A stretch of DNA of 64,000 nucleotides from Candidatus Marinacidobacterales bacterium (GCA_965226495.1 OZ245365.1:2656001-2720000), one strand, 5' to 3'; shown: positions 19,421 to 29,767, numbered from the stretch's first letter. Made by a program: numbers and translations. Notes: generated from the letters alone by a model not told the origin.

Positions 19421-20232
19421 CCATGATGCCGCGAACGGTCTTGGGATCACCGCCGTGAACGAAACTCACGATGGACGAGGCGTTTTGGGGAGGAGTGAGC
19501 ACCCGGAAGCCGCGTTCGACTAGTCCGCTCCGGAGTTGCTGAGCCAGGGCGATCGTATGTTTTCCGATCCGCTCGAGCCCCACTTGAGCCAGGTAGTCGA
19601 GCGCCGGTCCCAGTTGGTACACCGCGTCGAATGCGAGCGTGGCATACTCGAACACCCTAGCTCCCTGATGAAGCCGATACCGGTAGTTCCCGAGCTCCTC
19701 TTCGACCTGGAGCGCTCCCACCCTATCCGGCCGGACCCGGTCCAAAAGCTCTCGGCGACGAAAAACGGTGCCACCCCGTAGCCCGCCAGCAACCACTTGT
19801 AGGTACCGGTGGCAAGAAAGTCGATACCGGTCTCACCGAGATTCATCGGGAACATGCCGACCGCCTGAACCGCATCCGTATAGTCGTGGCATAGAGGAAG
19901 CCAATCTCCTCACTCGAGACGCCTACTAGCCGAGCGAACTTGTCTCTCACTTCGTTGGTACGAGCCAGCATGTGTCCTAGAGAGATCGGTTTTCGAGCCT
20001 TGGATTTCAAAAAGCGAGCGCCCGCCTCGACGACAGACGCTGGTGGGGGAGTTATATAGGCACTGTCGAGATAAACTCCCTCGGCGGTGACGGGAAAATC
20101 CTCGCGCACACCTAAGGGATCCGCCTGACTGGAATGTCTGGGGGCAGCTTCCGTCCTCAGCCCCGTAAGCCCCGCGGTTGCGGACGCGGCCCCGAGGAAC
20201 CGCCTGCGGTCGACCTTCCTTGGAGAGCTCAA
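19421..20232 (-). pseudogene. Tat-exported aminotransferase class V, disrupted
   Basis: DRRRFLG Tat signal, YLDSAYITP, DAVQAVG, TGTYKWLLAGYG spread over three frames with missing segments; fused to the DUF1028 remnant. Confidence 0.8.
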
Positions 20233-20738
20233 AGCGGTCTTGACATGTGGAGCGCTCGCTGACCGGCGGGATAGATCCCTTCGTCGCTCGAAAAGCGGAA
20301 ACCATGGCGAGAGAATAGCCTTTGCCCTCGGGCATTGCCGTCCGCCACGGAGAGGTGGATTTCTCGGATTGGGTACTTCGAATCCAGAAACGGCGCCTCC
20401 CCTATTGCTTTCTCGAGAAGCGCGGTTCCAACGCCTTTCGTCTGAAACTCTGGAACGACGGCGATCGCGAGAAGGTCTACCAATGCCTCGTTACCCTTCA
20501 TGCGGTTGGGATAAGCCATCAGCATCGCCAAACCCACGGGCTGCCCGTCCATCTCGCCGACCAGGGTCACGACGCCTTGGGTCTCAAACCATTCCACTAG
20601 GTAGCGGTCATAGCTGCCGTAGATAGAGAAAACGCTGTGGGCGAGCCGGCGAACGAACGCGCGGTCTTCCCCTCTCCCAACGCGCACCGACAACTTGCCG
20701 CCCGCTCGTGCCGGCGGCCTAGGGGTTATCTCTCTCAT
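20229..20738 (-). CDS. GNAT family N-acetyltransferase
   Basis: LAIAVVPEFQTKGVGTALL, LSVADGNARGQRLFSRHGF. Confidence 0.88.
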   Translation of the reverse strand: MREITPRPPARAGGKLSVRVGRGEDRAFVRRLAHSVFSIYGSYDRYLVEWFETQGVVTLVGEMDGQPVGLAMLMAYPNRMKGNEALVDLLAIAVVPEFQTKGVGTALLEKAIGEAPFLDSKYPIREIHLSVADGNARGQRLFSRHGFRFSSDEGIYPAGQRALHMSRPL

Positions 20739-20874
20739 TGAGTCACACTCGAGGAAGCGATACTACTACGTACCTGGCGAGGTCCTCAATCAGGAGGCTC
20801 TCATCCAATCCTCACAATCCGCTCATTTCTTCTGCCACCTTCGAGGTTAACTTAGACCCTATCAAATCGACGCG

Positions 20875-21336
20875 TTGGTGGACGCCGGTGCCGCCATCGA
20901 TCGTAACGACCAGGGTCGGAATCGATGGACGCCGATGATGCACGCCATTCATATGGACCAGGAGAAGGCGGTGATGAGGCTTCTCACGCGCGGAGCCGAC
21001 CCGAACGCGGCATCCCCCGGTGGCATCACCCCGCTGATCATGGCCGCCGGCTACGGACAAAGCGAGCTCGTCGAGGCGTTACTCCACCATGGAGCCGACC
21101 CCTACGCGGACGCGGGCGACGGGGTCACCGCACTTTGGGCAGCCGCGAGTGGTGGCGCCATCCAAGACTTCACCGACGGCCCGCCGCTCGGGACGTGTTT
21201 TCCGGAGACGATCCGCATCCTGCGCGAAAACGCACCGGATTTGCGCTTGACCACGGGCTCGGCGGCTAAATGGGTGGTTTGGTTTAGCTACTTCCGGGGA
21301 TGCGAAAAAACCGTGCGGGAACTGCAGTCTGAATAA
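20875..21336 (+). CDS. Ankyrin repeat protein, possibly 5'-truncated
   Basis: WTPMMHAI, GITPLIMAAGYG, GVTALWAAA; ORF begins mid-repeat. Confidence 0.75.
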   Translation: MVDAGAAIDRNDQGRNRWTPMMHAIHMDQEKAVMRLLTRGADPNAASPGGITPLIMAAGYGQSELVEALLHHGADPYADAGDGVTALWAAASGGAIQDFTDGPPLGTCFPETIRILRENAPDLRLTTGSAAKWVVWFSYFRGCEKTVRELQSE

Positions 21337-21343
21337 GAAAGGG

Positions 21344-21799
21344 CTAGAAGGGGCCGGGGATGTCGGAGTCGTCCACCACATGAACCGACTGAACGCTAGA
21401 CGTGACGATGCGCCGTCCGTCGCGCATCACTTCGATCCGCATTCCCAACCCGACCCAAGAAACCTTGAGAAGGTTCCCCCCATAGCTCGAACCGCAAAGA
21501 TAAGACTCTGTTGGCTCGGCGAAAAAACGGCCGCCTTGGATGAGCACTTTCGACTCCCCGGGACTCAGCAATATGATCTGATAGACCGTGTTCTCGGTCC
21601 TAACGTGGAGGCGGGTCAAAGTTGGAAGCTCGACCACGTCCACTCCGCCCTGCCGTGTCGCCTCCTCCGCGAACCCGTCGAGGGTGCACCGGCGAGGGAC
21701 GAGCAGCTCTTCAGAATCGAGCCCGAGGGCCGTATCCTGCCTGGAGGCAGCAAGATCCGCCTTGGTGGTCAGCTGGCCCAGACCCTTTTGATCTTCCAT
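21344..21799 (-). CDS. Hypothetical protein
   Basis: Protein-like ORF (VRTENTVY, VLIQGGRFF, GSSYGGNLLK, RIVTSSV). Confidence 0.65.
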   Translation of the reverse strand: MEDQKGLGQLTTKADLAASRQDTALGLDSEELLVPRRCTLDGFAEEATRQGGVDVVELPTLTRLHVRTENTVYQIILLSPGESKVLIQGGRFFAEPTESYLCGSSYGGNLLKVSWVGLGMRIEVMRDGRRIVTSSVQSVHVVDDSDIPGPF

Positions 21800-21871
21800 C
21801 CTTGAGCCCATATTACCCGAAAACCGACCCGGAAGCCACGATATCGAGCCCCCGGGACGACCGGATCACGA

Positions 21872-23329
21872 TCAATAACGCAGAAGGACCTTAGCAATCT
21901 CGTCTTCGACTTGATCGGCTCGCCACTGTCTCCGGATGCCGTTTAGCATCACGGAAAAGGCGACCGGGCCTTCTGTCGGGGAGAACGCGTACCCAGAAAG
22001 CGAGCTGATCCCCGCTAGGCTTCCCGTTTTGGCCATCACTCTGCCCATATACTCTTCAGTACGATATCGACGAGCGAGGGTTCCATCGACTCCACCCAGG
22101 GCGAGTACACAAAGGAACCTGGTACGGACCTCCGGCGTGTCGTAGAGCTCGCGTAGAATGCGAACCATAATGGAGGCGTTCAAGTTGTTCTCGTAGGACA
22201 GTCCAGACCCATCGTCGATTCGAAAATCACGTGAGGATTGGCCCAATCCCATCAAGTACTCGGAGAGGGCTCGAGATCCTGACTCGAAACTACCAGGCGG
22301 CCCCCAGCGATAGGCGCCGAGCGCCTTGAGTATCTGCTCCGCCGCGAAGTTGTTGCTGTTCTTTCCGAGCAGCTCGATGACCTGAATCAAAGGAGGCGAG
22401 CGGTGCACATAAAGGGACCGTAGCTCTGGATCGTTGGCCAAGCCTTTCTCGATCCGCCCATCGAATGAGACGCCATGTTCACGCAACTTGCCGACGAAGG
22501 CCGACGCCAGATACCGAGATGGGTTGGGCGCAACGAAACCGCCGCTTCGCTCTTCGTCACCGGCGATCACTCGTCCGCTCACGATGACGCGATCGCGCCC
22601 TCCCGACTTTCGAACCTGCAGCCAAGGCCGGCCCCGACCTGCGGTGGTGACGCGATTCAGAACCTCGAAGTAACCGTATCCACCATCGAACAAAGTAGCT
22701 CGTGTCCCCGCATTGACCGCCGGAGTCGCCGTCACTTCGACGATGTTGAAGTTGTAGGAAAGAGCGCTTTGGATCGGCAATCCCTTTTTGAGGATGTTGT
22801 CATAGGAGGCCGGCCCTCGAAGTTGGTCGTCGAAGAAACTGTCGTCCAGGATCAGATTGCCATCGATCGCCCTGATCCCCGCCCGCGCCAAAGCCAAAGT
22901 GATCTCATCCAAATCATCGTCGACTAAAGACGGGTCACCCGAACCCTGAAGATAGACATTTCCTCTAACCGCCCCGTCAACGATCGGACCGTCGATCAGC
23001 AAGCGCGTTTCGAATCGATGGCTGGAACCGAGGTAGTGGAGCGCGGCGGCCATGGTGACAAGCTTCATTCCCGAAGCGGGGATGAATTTCTTCGTTGGAT
23101 TGTGCGCGTAAAGCGTCTCGCCCGTCTGCAGGCTTACGACCTGAACACCGATGGCGCGGTTCAATTGAAACCGGCGGCGCACTTGATCGAGACTCTTCGC
23201 CAGATCGCCTCGACTATCCGCCCTGACGGTTGCGACCGGCCGTAACGGGTGCGCCGGTCCCCATTCGATGAGACTGGGGGCAGCAAGCGCGAGGATTACG
23301 AAAAGGAAGGAACCCCTCAGAAAACGCAC
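21872..23329 (-). CDS. dacB: D-alanyl-D-alanine carboxypeptidase/endopeptidase PBP4
   Basis: PASGMK (SxxK), SNN, KTG motifs; DGSGLS. Confidence 0.92.
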   Translation of the reverse strand: MRFLRGSFLFVILALAAPSLIEWGPAHPLRPVATVRADSRGDLAKSLDQVRRRFQLNRAIGVQVVSLQTGETLYAHNPTKKFIPASGMKLVTMAAALHYLGSSHRFETRLLIDGPIVDGAVRGNVYLQGSGDPSLVDDDLDEITLALARAGIRAIDGNLILDDSFFDDQLRGPASYDNILKKGLPIQSALSYNFNIVEVTATPAVNAGTRATLFDGGYGYFEVLNRVTTAGRGRPWLQVRKSGGRDRVIVSGRVIAGDEERSGGFVAPNPSRYLASAFVGKLREHGVSFDGRIEKGLANDPELRSLYVHRSPPLIQVIELLGKNSNNFAAEQILKALGAYRWGPPGSFESGSRALSEYLMGLGQSSRDFRIDDGSGLSYENNLNASIMVRILRELYDTPEVRTRFLCVLALGGVDGTLARRYRTEEYMGRVMAKTGSLAGISSLSGYAFSPTEGPVAFSVMLNGIRRQWRADQVEDEIAKVLLRY

Positions 23330-23476
23330 ATACCCTCTCTCCTAAAGACTTCTCCTGTATCTATTTGTACCATATATACCATGGGTTGGCGACCCGCTCG
23401 TTGCATCGTAGGGCATTGGCTGCCTAGCAGCCTCGTTAGACCTTGTCATTAGGGGTTTTGTGGTAATCTCAAGTTC

Positions 23477-24850
23477 GTGACACAGGATAAGTGGCTGGAG
23501 AGCGAAAGCACCGGTCTGCTCACCGATCTCTATCAGATCACGATGGCTGCCGCCTATTTCGAGCACGGCATGAGCGAGCCCGCGACCTTCAGTCTCTTCA
23601 TGCGCAATCTGCCACAGAATCGATCCTTCTTCTTAGCGGCGGGGCTCGAGGAGGCGCTCGACTACCTCGAAAATCTTCGATTCGGCCCCGAGGCCATCGA
23701 CTACCTTCGCGGGACCGGCAACTTCAAAGAAGCATTTTTGGAACACCTCGCGGACTTCCGCTTCGATGGAAACGTCGTCGCGGTCCGGGAGGGAACGGTG
23801 CTCTTTCCCAACGAACCGATCCTCGAAGTCACGGCTCCGATCCTTCAAGCCCAGCTTGCGGAAACGTACCTTATGAACGCGCTGCAACTCGGCACATTGA
23901 TCGCGAGCAAAGCGGCTCGCATCCGTATCGCCGGTCAGGATCGGAGCGTTGTCGATTTTGCTTCCCGTCGTGCGCATGGGCGGGACGCCGCGCTCAAAGT
24001 GGCGCGTTCGTCCTATATCGGAGGCTGCCACGGCACGAGCAATGTACTCGCCGGCATGAAGTACGGAATACCCATCGAGGGCACCGTTGCTCATAGCTTC
24101 GTGCAATCGTTCGAACACGAACTGGACGCCTACCGTGCCTTCGCACAGGTGTTTCCTTCCAACACCGTTCTTTTGATCGACACCTACGACACGCTGGAGG
24201 GCGCGCGCCACGCCGTTACCGTCGGACGCGAGATGGCCGAACGTGGTGCCCAACTGCGCGGTGTCCGTCTCGATAGTGGCGACATGATTCGACTCGCCAA
24301 AGAAGTGAGACGGATCCTCGACGAGGGAGGCCTCACGGAAACCAAAATCTTCGCCAGCGGCGCACTCAACGAATACCGCATCGAGGAGGCTCTCGCCGCC
24401 GGCGCCCCCATCGACGGCTTCGGCGTCGGAAGTCATTTAGGCGTGTCTTACGACGCGCCCGCGTTGGACATCGTTTACAAGCTCGTCGAGTATGCCGACC
24501 GTCCTGTGGTCAAGCTTTCTCAAGACAAGCAAACCCTCGCCGGCCGGAAACAATTTTTCCGACGTTATGCCGACTCGGGCGAGATGCTGGAAGACCTCAT
24601 TGCGCTTCGAGACGAAGAGCTCGAAGGAGCGGAGCCTCTCCTCTTTCCAGTCATGGCGAGAGGAAAAAGGCTGAGCGCCCCGACGCCTTTGAACGAGATT
24701 CGTGAATACGCGGCCGAAAACCTTGCGAGACTTCCCGCGCGCCTCAAAACCCTTCGCGAGACAGCACCTTATCCGGTCCGGCAGAGCGAGGCGATTCGAG
24801 CGCTACAGAGCAAGCTCGTGGAAGAACATGGCGGAATGGTCAGCCGCTAA
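23477..24850 (+). CDS. pncB: Nicotinate phosphoribosyltransferase
   Basis: LLTDLYQITM, RRAHG, LIDTYD, GVRLDSGD, VYKL. Confidence 0.95.
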   Translation: MTQDKWLESESTGLLTDLYQITMAAAYFEHGMSEPATFSLFMRNLPQNRSFFLAAGLEEALDYLENLRFGPEAIDYLRGTGNFKEAFLEHLADFRFDGNVVAVREGTVLFPNEPILEVTAPILQAQLAETYLMNALQLGTLIASKAARIRIAGQDRSVVDFASRRAHGRDAALKVARSSYIGGCHGTSNVLAGMKYGIPIEGTVAHSFVQSFEHELDAYRAFAQVFPSNTVLLIDTYDTLEGARHAVTVGREMAERGAQLRGVRLDSGDMIRLAKEVRRILDEGGLTETKIFASGALNEYRIEEALAAGAPIDGFGVGSHLGVSYDAPALDIVYKLVEYADRPVVKLSQDKQTLAGRKQFFRRYADSGEMLEDLIALRDEELEGAEPLLFPVMARGKRLSAPTPLNEIREYAAENLARLPARLKTLRETAPYPVRQSEAIRALQSKLVEEHGGMVSR

Positions 24851-24856
24851 CGAAGC

Positions 24857-24894
24857 TGGCTTCCTTCCTTTATTCCCTCTCCCTTTGGGAGAGG
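24857..24894 (+). repeat. REP-like palindromic repeat, left copy
   Basis: 38 bp containing CCTCTCCC-TTT-GGGAGAGG; exact inverted copy at 25427-25464. Confidence 0.85.
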
Positions 24895-24990
24895 TGGCGT
24901 CAAAATCTGCCGTGCCAGTATCGAGCATTCTAGACGCAGGGTGAGGGACAAGACCGATAGGCTGGGAGCTTTCATTTTGGGAGGTCGTTA

Positions 24991-25413
24991 ATGTTCAAAC
25001 GTGCCCTGGAACTCGCCGTCTGGCCCGCTCTGATCGCACTGCTGGTGACGTTCGCGCGTTTTTTCGGTGAGCGGGCTGGCCTCCCGAACGCCGTGACGTT
25101 CGTGCTCGGCATCATCTGGCTGACGTTGATCGTTGCGATCCATTGGGGCGTCAAGCTGGCCGACGACGAGCGGCCCTACCGCCTCCTTTTTTTGAGCCTC
25201 GCGGTCTTCGCCCTGCTTTCCAGGATCCCGGTATTCGCGCTCTGGTGGGTAACCAACACCTGGGGCCTGGGCACGCACTACGATTTCACGGACAGCTTGG
25301 GTCAGGCGGTTCTGGCCCAACTCTTCGGAACTCTCACCCAGATCATTCTCGGCACGATTCTCGGCTGGGCAACGCTCGCGCTGAGAAGACGCAAAACACC
25401 GGAGCCGGCCTAG
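24991..25413 (+). CDS. Hypothetical 4-TM membrane protein
   Basis: GGAGG RBS; four hydrophobic segments. Confidence 0.75.
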   Translation: MFKRALELAVWPALIALLVTFARFFGERAGLPNAVTFVLGIIWLTLIVAIHWGVKLADDERPYRLLFLSLAVFALLSRIPVFALWWVTNTWGLGTHYDFTDSLGQAVLAQLFGTLTQIILGTILGWATLALRRRKTPEPA

Positions 25414-25426
25414 CCAGCTTCGCAAC

Positions 25427-25464
25427 CCTCTCCCAAAGGGAGAGGGAATAAAGGAAGGAAGCCA
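25427..25464 (-). repeat. REP-like palindromic repeat, right copy
   Basis: Exact reverse complement of 24857-24894. Confidence 0.85.
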
Positions 25465-25466
25465 AC

Positions 25467-26141
25467 CTACTCACCACTACCGAGCTTGCAAACTGCATCT
25501 ACGAAGGCCGACTCCGGTTGCGCACCGAGAAGCTCGACTTCATCATTGATCACGATCTTAGGAACTCCGGTCACGCCGTAGCGCCGTGCCATATCCGGAA
25601 ACTCGCTGATCTCCACGACATCCGCCACGATTTGTTCGCTCTCAACCGCCATCTGATGGGCCACACGGGCCACGCCGGGACAGTGCGGTCACGTCGGGGT
25701 AACGAAGACTTGGACATGCACGTCCTCCGACAGCGATTCCAGCGACTTCCTACTCTCGTCGCTCAACGATGTAGCCCCCTTCGAAACATCGACGATGTCG
25801 GCTACGAACGCGGGAAACTCGGATCCTCCAGGAATCCCGAAATAGCGAACCTTGCCGCGCGCCTCCCCTTCCAGCACGATGGCCGGAATCCGATCGATTC
25901 CCGCCGACCTGGCCGCCTCCTGATCGGTATAAACATCGTGAACCGTGAGCTCGAGTTTGTCAGAGAGCGAGGTGACTTCCTCGACCAGCTCACCGGTTTC
26001 CTTGCAGGTCGGACACTCGCGTCCCGGAATCATGATCAAGCCACCCCCCTGAGTGAAGAAGTTGATCTTCACATCGCCCACGAGATCCTGCTCGAAGATC
26101 TCACCTAGCTCCTTCCGATTAGCGTCCGACAGCAAAGCCAT
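25467..26141 (-). CDS. Protein disulfide oxidoreductase (AhpF N-terminal-like), probable selenoprotein
   Basis: CPTC motif, then VFVTPT-TGA(25689-25691)-PHC continuing in frame to YGVTGVPKIVIN; UGA sits at the first Cys position of CxxC. Confidence 0.88.
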
Positions 26142-26144
26142 TTC

Positions 26145-26753
26145 TCACCCCATCTCCTTATCTACCGAGTCCAACGTGGCGGTTCCGGCACCGGCTGCTT
26201 TCATATTACGTAGCTCCCGTTCCGAATCTCCCGCTTCTAGATCGACTCCCCGGACCGCATCTTCGAGCAGTGTCACCTTGAATCCTTGAGCGATGGCATC
26301 ATGCACCGAGGACTGCACACAGTAATCAGTCGCCAGTCCGCCTACCATGAGATGCTCGATACCAAGCTGCTTGAGCGAGTCGGTGAAAGAAACGCCGCCA
26401 TCGTCCTCCGCCTGAAATGCGGAGTAGGCGTCTTCTTCGGCGCGCTTCCCCTTCGAGACCACGATGGTGCCCGCGGGGAGTTTCAAATCAGGATGAAACT
26501 CTGCGCCTCTAGTCCCCGCAACACAATGGGGTGGCCAGACCCCACCGAACTCCTTGAAGTGGCTCGTCCGTTCGGGGTGCCAGTCGCGCGTCGCAAATAT
26601 CGGCAGGTTCGCGCCAACGAACCGTCGGGCGTACTCGTTGAGGATGGGGACGACCTCATCCCCCCCGGGTACCGCTAGAGAGCCTCCCGCACAGAAGTCG
26701 TTTTGTACGTCGACGATAACGAGTGCGCCGCGACTTCGATTGGTGTTGGTCAT
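26145..26753 (-). CDS. pncA: Nicotinamidase/pyrazinamidase
   Basis: VDVQNDF, DWHP, WPPHCV, YSAF, GLATDYCV. Confidence 0.95.
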   Translation of the reverse strand: MTNTNRSRGALVIVDVQNDFCAGGSLAVPGGDEVVPILNEYARRFVGANLPIFATRDWHPERTSHFKEFGGVWPPHCVAGTRGAEFHPDLKLPAGTIVVSKGKRAEEDAYSAFQAEDDGGVSFTDSLKQLGIEHLMVGGLATDYCVQSSVHDAIAQGFKVTLLEDAVRGVDLEAGDSERELRNMKAAGAGTATLDSVDKEMG

Positions 26754-26809
26754 GGCAAAGGCTCGAGGCGTTTACCTCTAGGCGGCGCCGGCGTTTCCTG
26801 CGATATGAA

Positions 26810-27664
26810 TTAGTTGCCCTGAGTGGAACCCTGGCCCGGGTATTTGATTTGTGTGTTGACGATCCCCAGCTCGACCCGACGGTTCTTGGCACGCGCGTCG
26901 TCGCTGGTCCCGGGTACCAATGGCTGGGACTTCCCGAACCCTTCTGTAGTGATGATGCCAGGCTTGATACCGGCTTCCGCTAAGTAGTCGCGCACCGCCT
27001 TTGCCCGCCTAGCGGAGAGATCCATGTTGTACTCTTCGGTGCCGATGTCATCGGTGTGCCCGTACACATAGATCTGATAGTCGCTGGAGGTGAGCAAAAT
27101 GCCGACGATGCGACTCAGAAGCTCCTTGTTTTCCGGTCGCAGGTGGGACTTGTCGAAAGCGAACTTCATGTAGTCGCTCCCCAGGTTCATTACTAACCCG
27201 AGGGCTGTGCGGCGCGTCTCGGCGACCTCGCTCAACGCGTCTTGGAGACGGTTGAGCTCCTCTTCGCGCTCTCGTTTGATCTTCTCCGCTTCCGCGGTCG
27301 CGACCTTCGCGTCTTGGCGTGCGCGCTGAGCAGCCTCTCTCTCGCGCTCCGCCTCGTTACGCGCCATTGCCGTATCGGTCTCCGCTTCCGCGCGACCACG
27401 TGCCGCCTGAAGCGCCGCGTCTTCGGCCTCGAGTGCCCTCTCGAGAGCTTTTTTTGAGTTCTCGCCGATCTCCTCTACGTGCTTATCGACACCGAGCATC
27501 TGACTCTCGAGCTCGGTGAGACGATTGAGTATGAGCGTACCGATCCCGATCAGAACGGCTAGCGCGAGAGCGGCCAGGATCCCGAGTGAGAATAACGGGA
27601 GCTTACTCTTCGTATTCGCCCCCTTATCTGGTGGGGTTTCCGACGTTTCATCCAATAGACTCAT
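26810..27664 (-). CDS. OmpA-family membrane protein with coiled coil
   Basis: TM helix, coiled coil, GHTDDIG..YNMDLSARRA, KNRRVE. Confidence 0.88.
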   Translation of the reverse strand: MSLLDETSETPPDKGANTKSKLPLFSLGILAALALAVLIGIGTLILNRLTELESQMLGVDKHVEEIGENSKKALERALEAEDAALQAARGRAEAETDTAMARNEAEREREAAQRARQDAKVATAEAEKIKREREEELNRLQDALSEVAETRRTALGLVMNLGSDYMKFAFDKSHLRPENKELLSRIVGILLTSSDYQIYVYGHTDDIGTEEYNMDLSARRAKAVRDYLAEAGIKPGIITTEGFGKSQPLVPGTSDDARAKNRRVELGIVNTQIKYPGQGSTQGN

Positions 27665-27840
27665 GGTTGTTCTCTCGCGGCGCGCCTTACGGATGCCTGG
27701 ATGACTGACGAAGAACGCTGTACGGGATCAAACTGTATTATCCGCATAATCGGCGGGGAATTCAATTTCTTCGGCGGGCCCTTGAACACATCTACTACTC
27801 AGGATTGGGGTTCCGGTACCCCATCCCGGTCATCCCGTCT

Positions 27841-27869
27841 AAAAAAAAGGGCCGGCGGGGCCGGCCCTT
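27841..27869 (-). terminator. Rho-independent terminator
   Basis: AAGGGCCGGC-ccc-GCCGGCCC-T8 on the minus strand after the DUF2911 gene. Confidence 0.85.
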
Positions 27870-27893
27870 GGTAGTGCAAATGTGATGACTGAC

Positions 27894-28403
27894 TTACTTC
27901 GCTTTGAACTTCGTCTTCAGTACATTCTTGCCCCACACGAAGTGGATCTCGCCGCCGTCGCCGGCGTTCGCGATCTCAATAGTGAACTGCTCCGTGTTCT
28001 CTCCCACGGTCTCCCAGGCAAGCGGGGTGGCACCGAGATCCATGGCGGCGTCGCGCTGTGTTCCCCATTGCCCACTTTGCTCGTTGATGATCAGCTCCCA
28101 GTTCTTGCCATCGCCGCGCTTCGCGAAGAGGCTGTAGGAGCCCTTGGGAACTACCAACGAATCGAAAACGAGGTCCCCGCTCGTCTCGAGCACCGTTGCC
28201 TTGTCAGCCCCGAGCCGCCAGACCGTCCCCTCCGGCGCTTTCGCGAGCATGTCCCGGCCGCCCAAACCGGGACGTCCGTAGTCGATGACCAGTTTCGCGC
28301 CGCCGACCGTTGCTTCTGCTTTGCCACGCGGTGATTGCGCGAAAGTCACCGCCGAACCGAGCGTCAGCATGATTACCATAGCTAATCCAACACGGGTTCT
28401 CAT
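27894..28403 (-). CDS. DUF2911 family secreted protein
   Basis: Signal peptide; SPRG, IDYGRP, VWRLGADKAT, GSYSLF, QWGT. Confidence 0.85.
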   Translation of the reverse strand: MRTRVGLAMVIMLTLGSAVTFAQSPRGKAEATVGGAKLVIDYGRPGLGGRDMLAKAPEGTVWRLGADKATVLETSGDLVFDSLVVPKGSYSLFAKRGDGKNWELIINEQSGQWGTQRDAAMDLGATPLAWETVGENTEQFTIEIANAGDGGEIHFVWGKNVLKTKFKAK

Positions 28404-28574
28404 TCTTCCTCCTTCTCCTCCCCCCAATTGCATGAATATCGAGTTCGAATATAGCCAAAACGTGCGGCTCTCGCAAATTTGAGCTAGAATCCCCGCGTTC
28501 GTGGGGCGCCTGGCCAAGCGGATGCCACCCACCGCGTGTTTTGGCGCTCGTCACAATCTGAAAGGCGCGCGCCC

Positions 28575-29138
28575 GTGATTCTCTCACCCACCAATCCGAA
28601 GTGGCTACAGGTAGCGTTGGCCGATTTCGACCGGGTGATCGTGGATCACGCGCATTGCGAGAAGAAGGCCGCCGCGTCCGCGATGTCGCTCGTGGCCGCC
28701 TACCCTGACCGGCAACGTCTGGTGCGACGATTGAGCGCGCTCGCCATCGAAGAGCTCAAGCATTTTCGCGCCGTGCACTTGCGCTTGAGACGTCGCGGTC
28801 TCACCCTCGGCCGTGATTTCGGAGACCCCTACGCCCAAGCGCTCATGCGGTTGGTACGCCCCGGCCGCGGCCGGCTCACCGATCGACTTCTGGTTGGCGC
28901 TCTCATCGAGGCCCGTTCGCGGGATCGCATCGAGCTCTTGGCCGACGCCCTCGACGATTCGGAGCTACGGGCGTTCTACAACTCGCTCGCCGAAGCCGAA
29001 GGCCGACACGCGGATCTCTTCGGCGAGCTTGCCCGCCACTACGACGACCAAGAGGATGCCGAGGCGCGGCTCGCAACGTTGGTCGCCGCCGAAGAGGAGA
29101 TCCTGAAACGGCTCCCCATCGAACCGCGAATGCACTAG
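28575..29138 (+). CDS. miaE: tRNA-(ms2io6A37) hydroxylase
   Basis: DHAHCEKKAA, EELKHF, LIEARS, EGRH, RMH di-iron motifs. Confidence 0.88.
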   Translation: MILSPTNPKWLQVALADFDRVIVDHAHCEKKAAASAMSLVAAYPDRQRLVRRLSALAIEELKHFRAVHLRLRRRGLTLGRDFGDPYAQALMRLVRPGRGRLTDRLLVGALIEARSRDRIELLADALDDSELRAFYNSLAEAEGRHADLFGELARHYDDQEDAEARLATLVAAEEEILKRLPIEPRMH

Positions 29139-29141
29139 CCA

Positions 29142-29767
29142 ATGGACAGTTCCATTTGGGTTTGGCTGACTCCCACCCTCATGGCTCTTGTCTTTTGGGG
29201 GTTAGGACAAGGGTTCGTTAAGAAGTATATCTCCGAGGTCCCGCCCGCCCGTTTCTGCCTCTACTTCGTCTCGGAGTTAGTCTAGTCATCCTTTCTTGCC
29301 TAGGACTGGCCTACGGGCCATCGGACTCCGAGTCGAAGAAGGCCCATGGGCGATGGATCCCGCTCGCCGTCTCCGCCGTTCTAGTTTGGGGGGTCGCCTG
29401 GACCATCATGAAGTACGCCTACTCGCTTCCCAATGCCGACGAGGCCAACATGGCGCTCTTCAACACCATGGGAAGTTTTCTCACTCTGGGTATCTATGGA
29501 CTTCTCTACGGACGGAAGGGAGTCCACTCCTTCCGCGAGTGGTCCATATCCTTTTTACCTATGGGACTGATGGCGACTGGGGACCTCTCGGTAATCATTG
29601 CCGCCAAGACCGGGCCCGTCTCCATCGTCGCACCCTTGAGCGGCGCCTATCCGGTGGTGACCCTGGGGTTCGCATGGATGGTTCTCAAGGAACGCATCAC
29701 CCCGTTTCAATGGTTGTGCATTGCCCTTTTGCTCGTCGGAATGTTCTTGAGCCCAGTAGCCGGTTGA
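29142..29767 (+). pseudogene. EamA/DMT transporter with internal deletion and frameshift
   Basis: MDSSIW..ALVFWGLGQGFVKK stops near 29285; resumes in another frame to GPVSIVAPLSGAYPVVT..LKERI. Confidence 0.75.
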
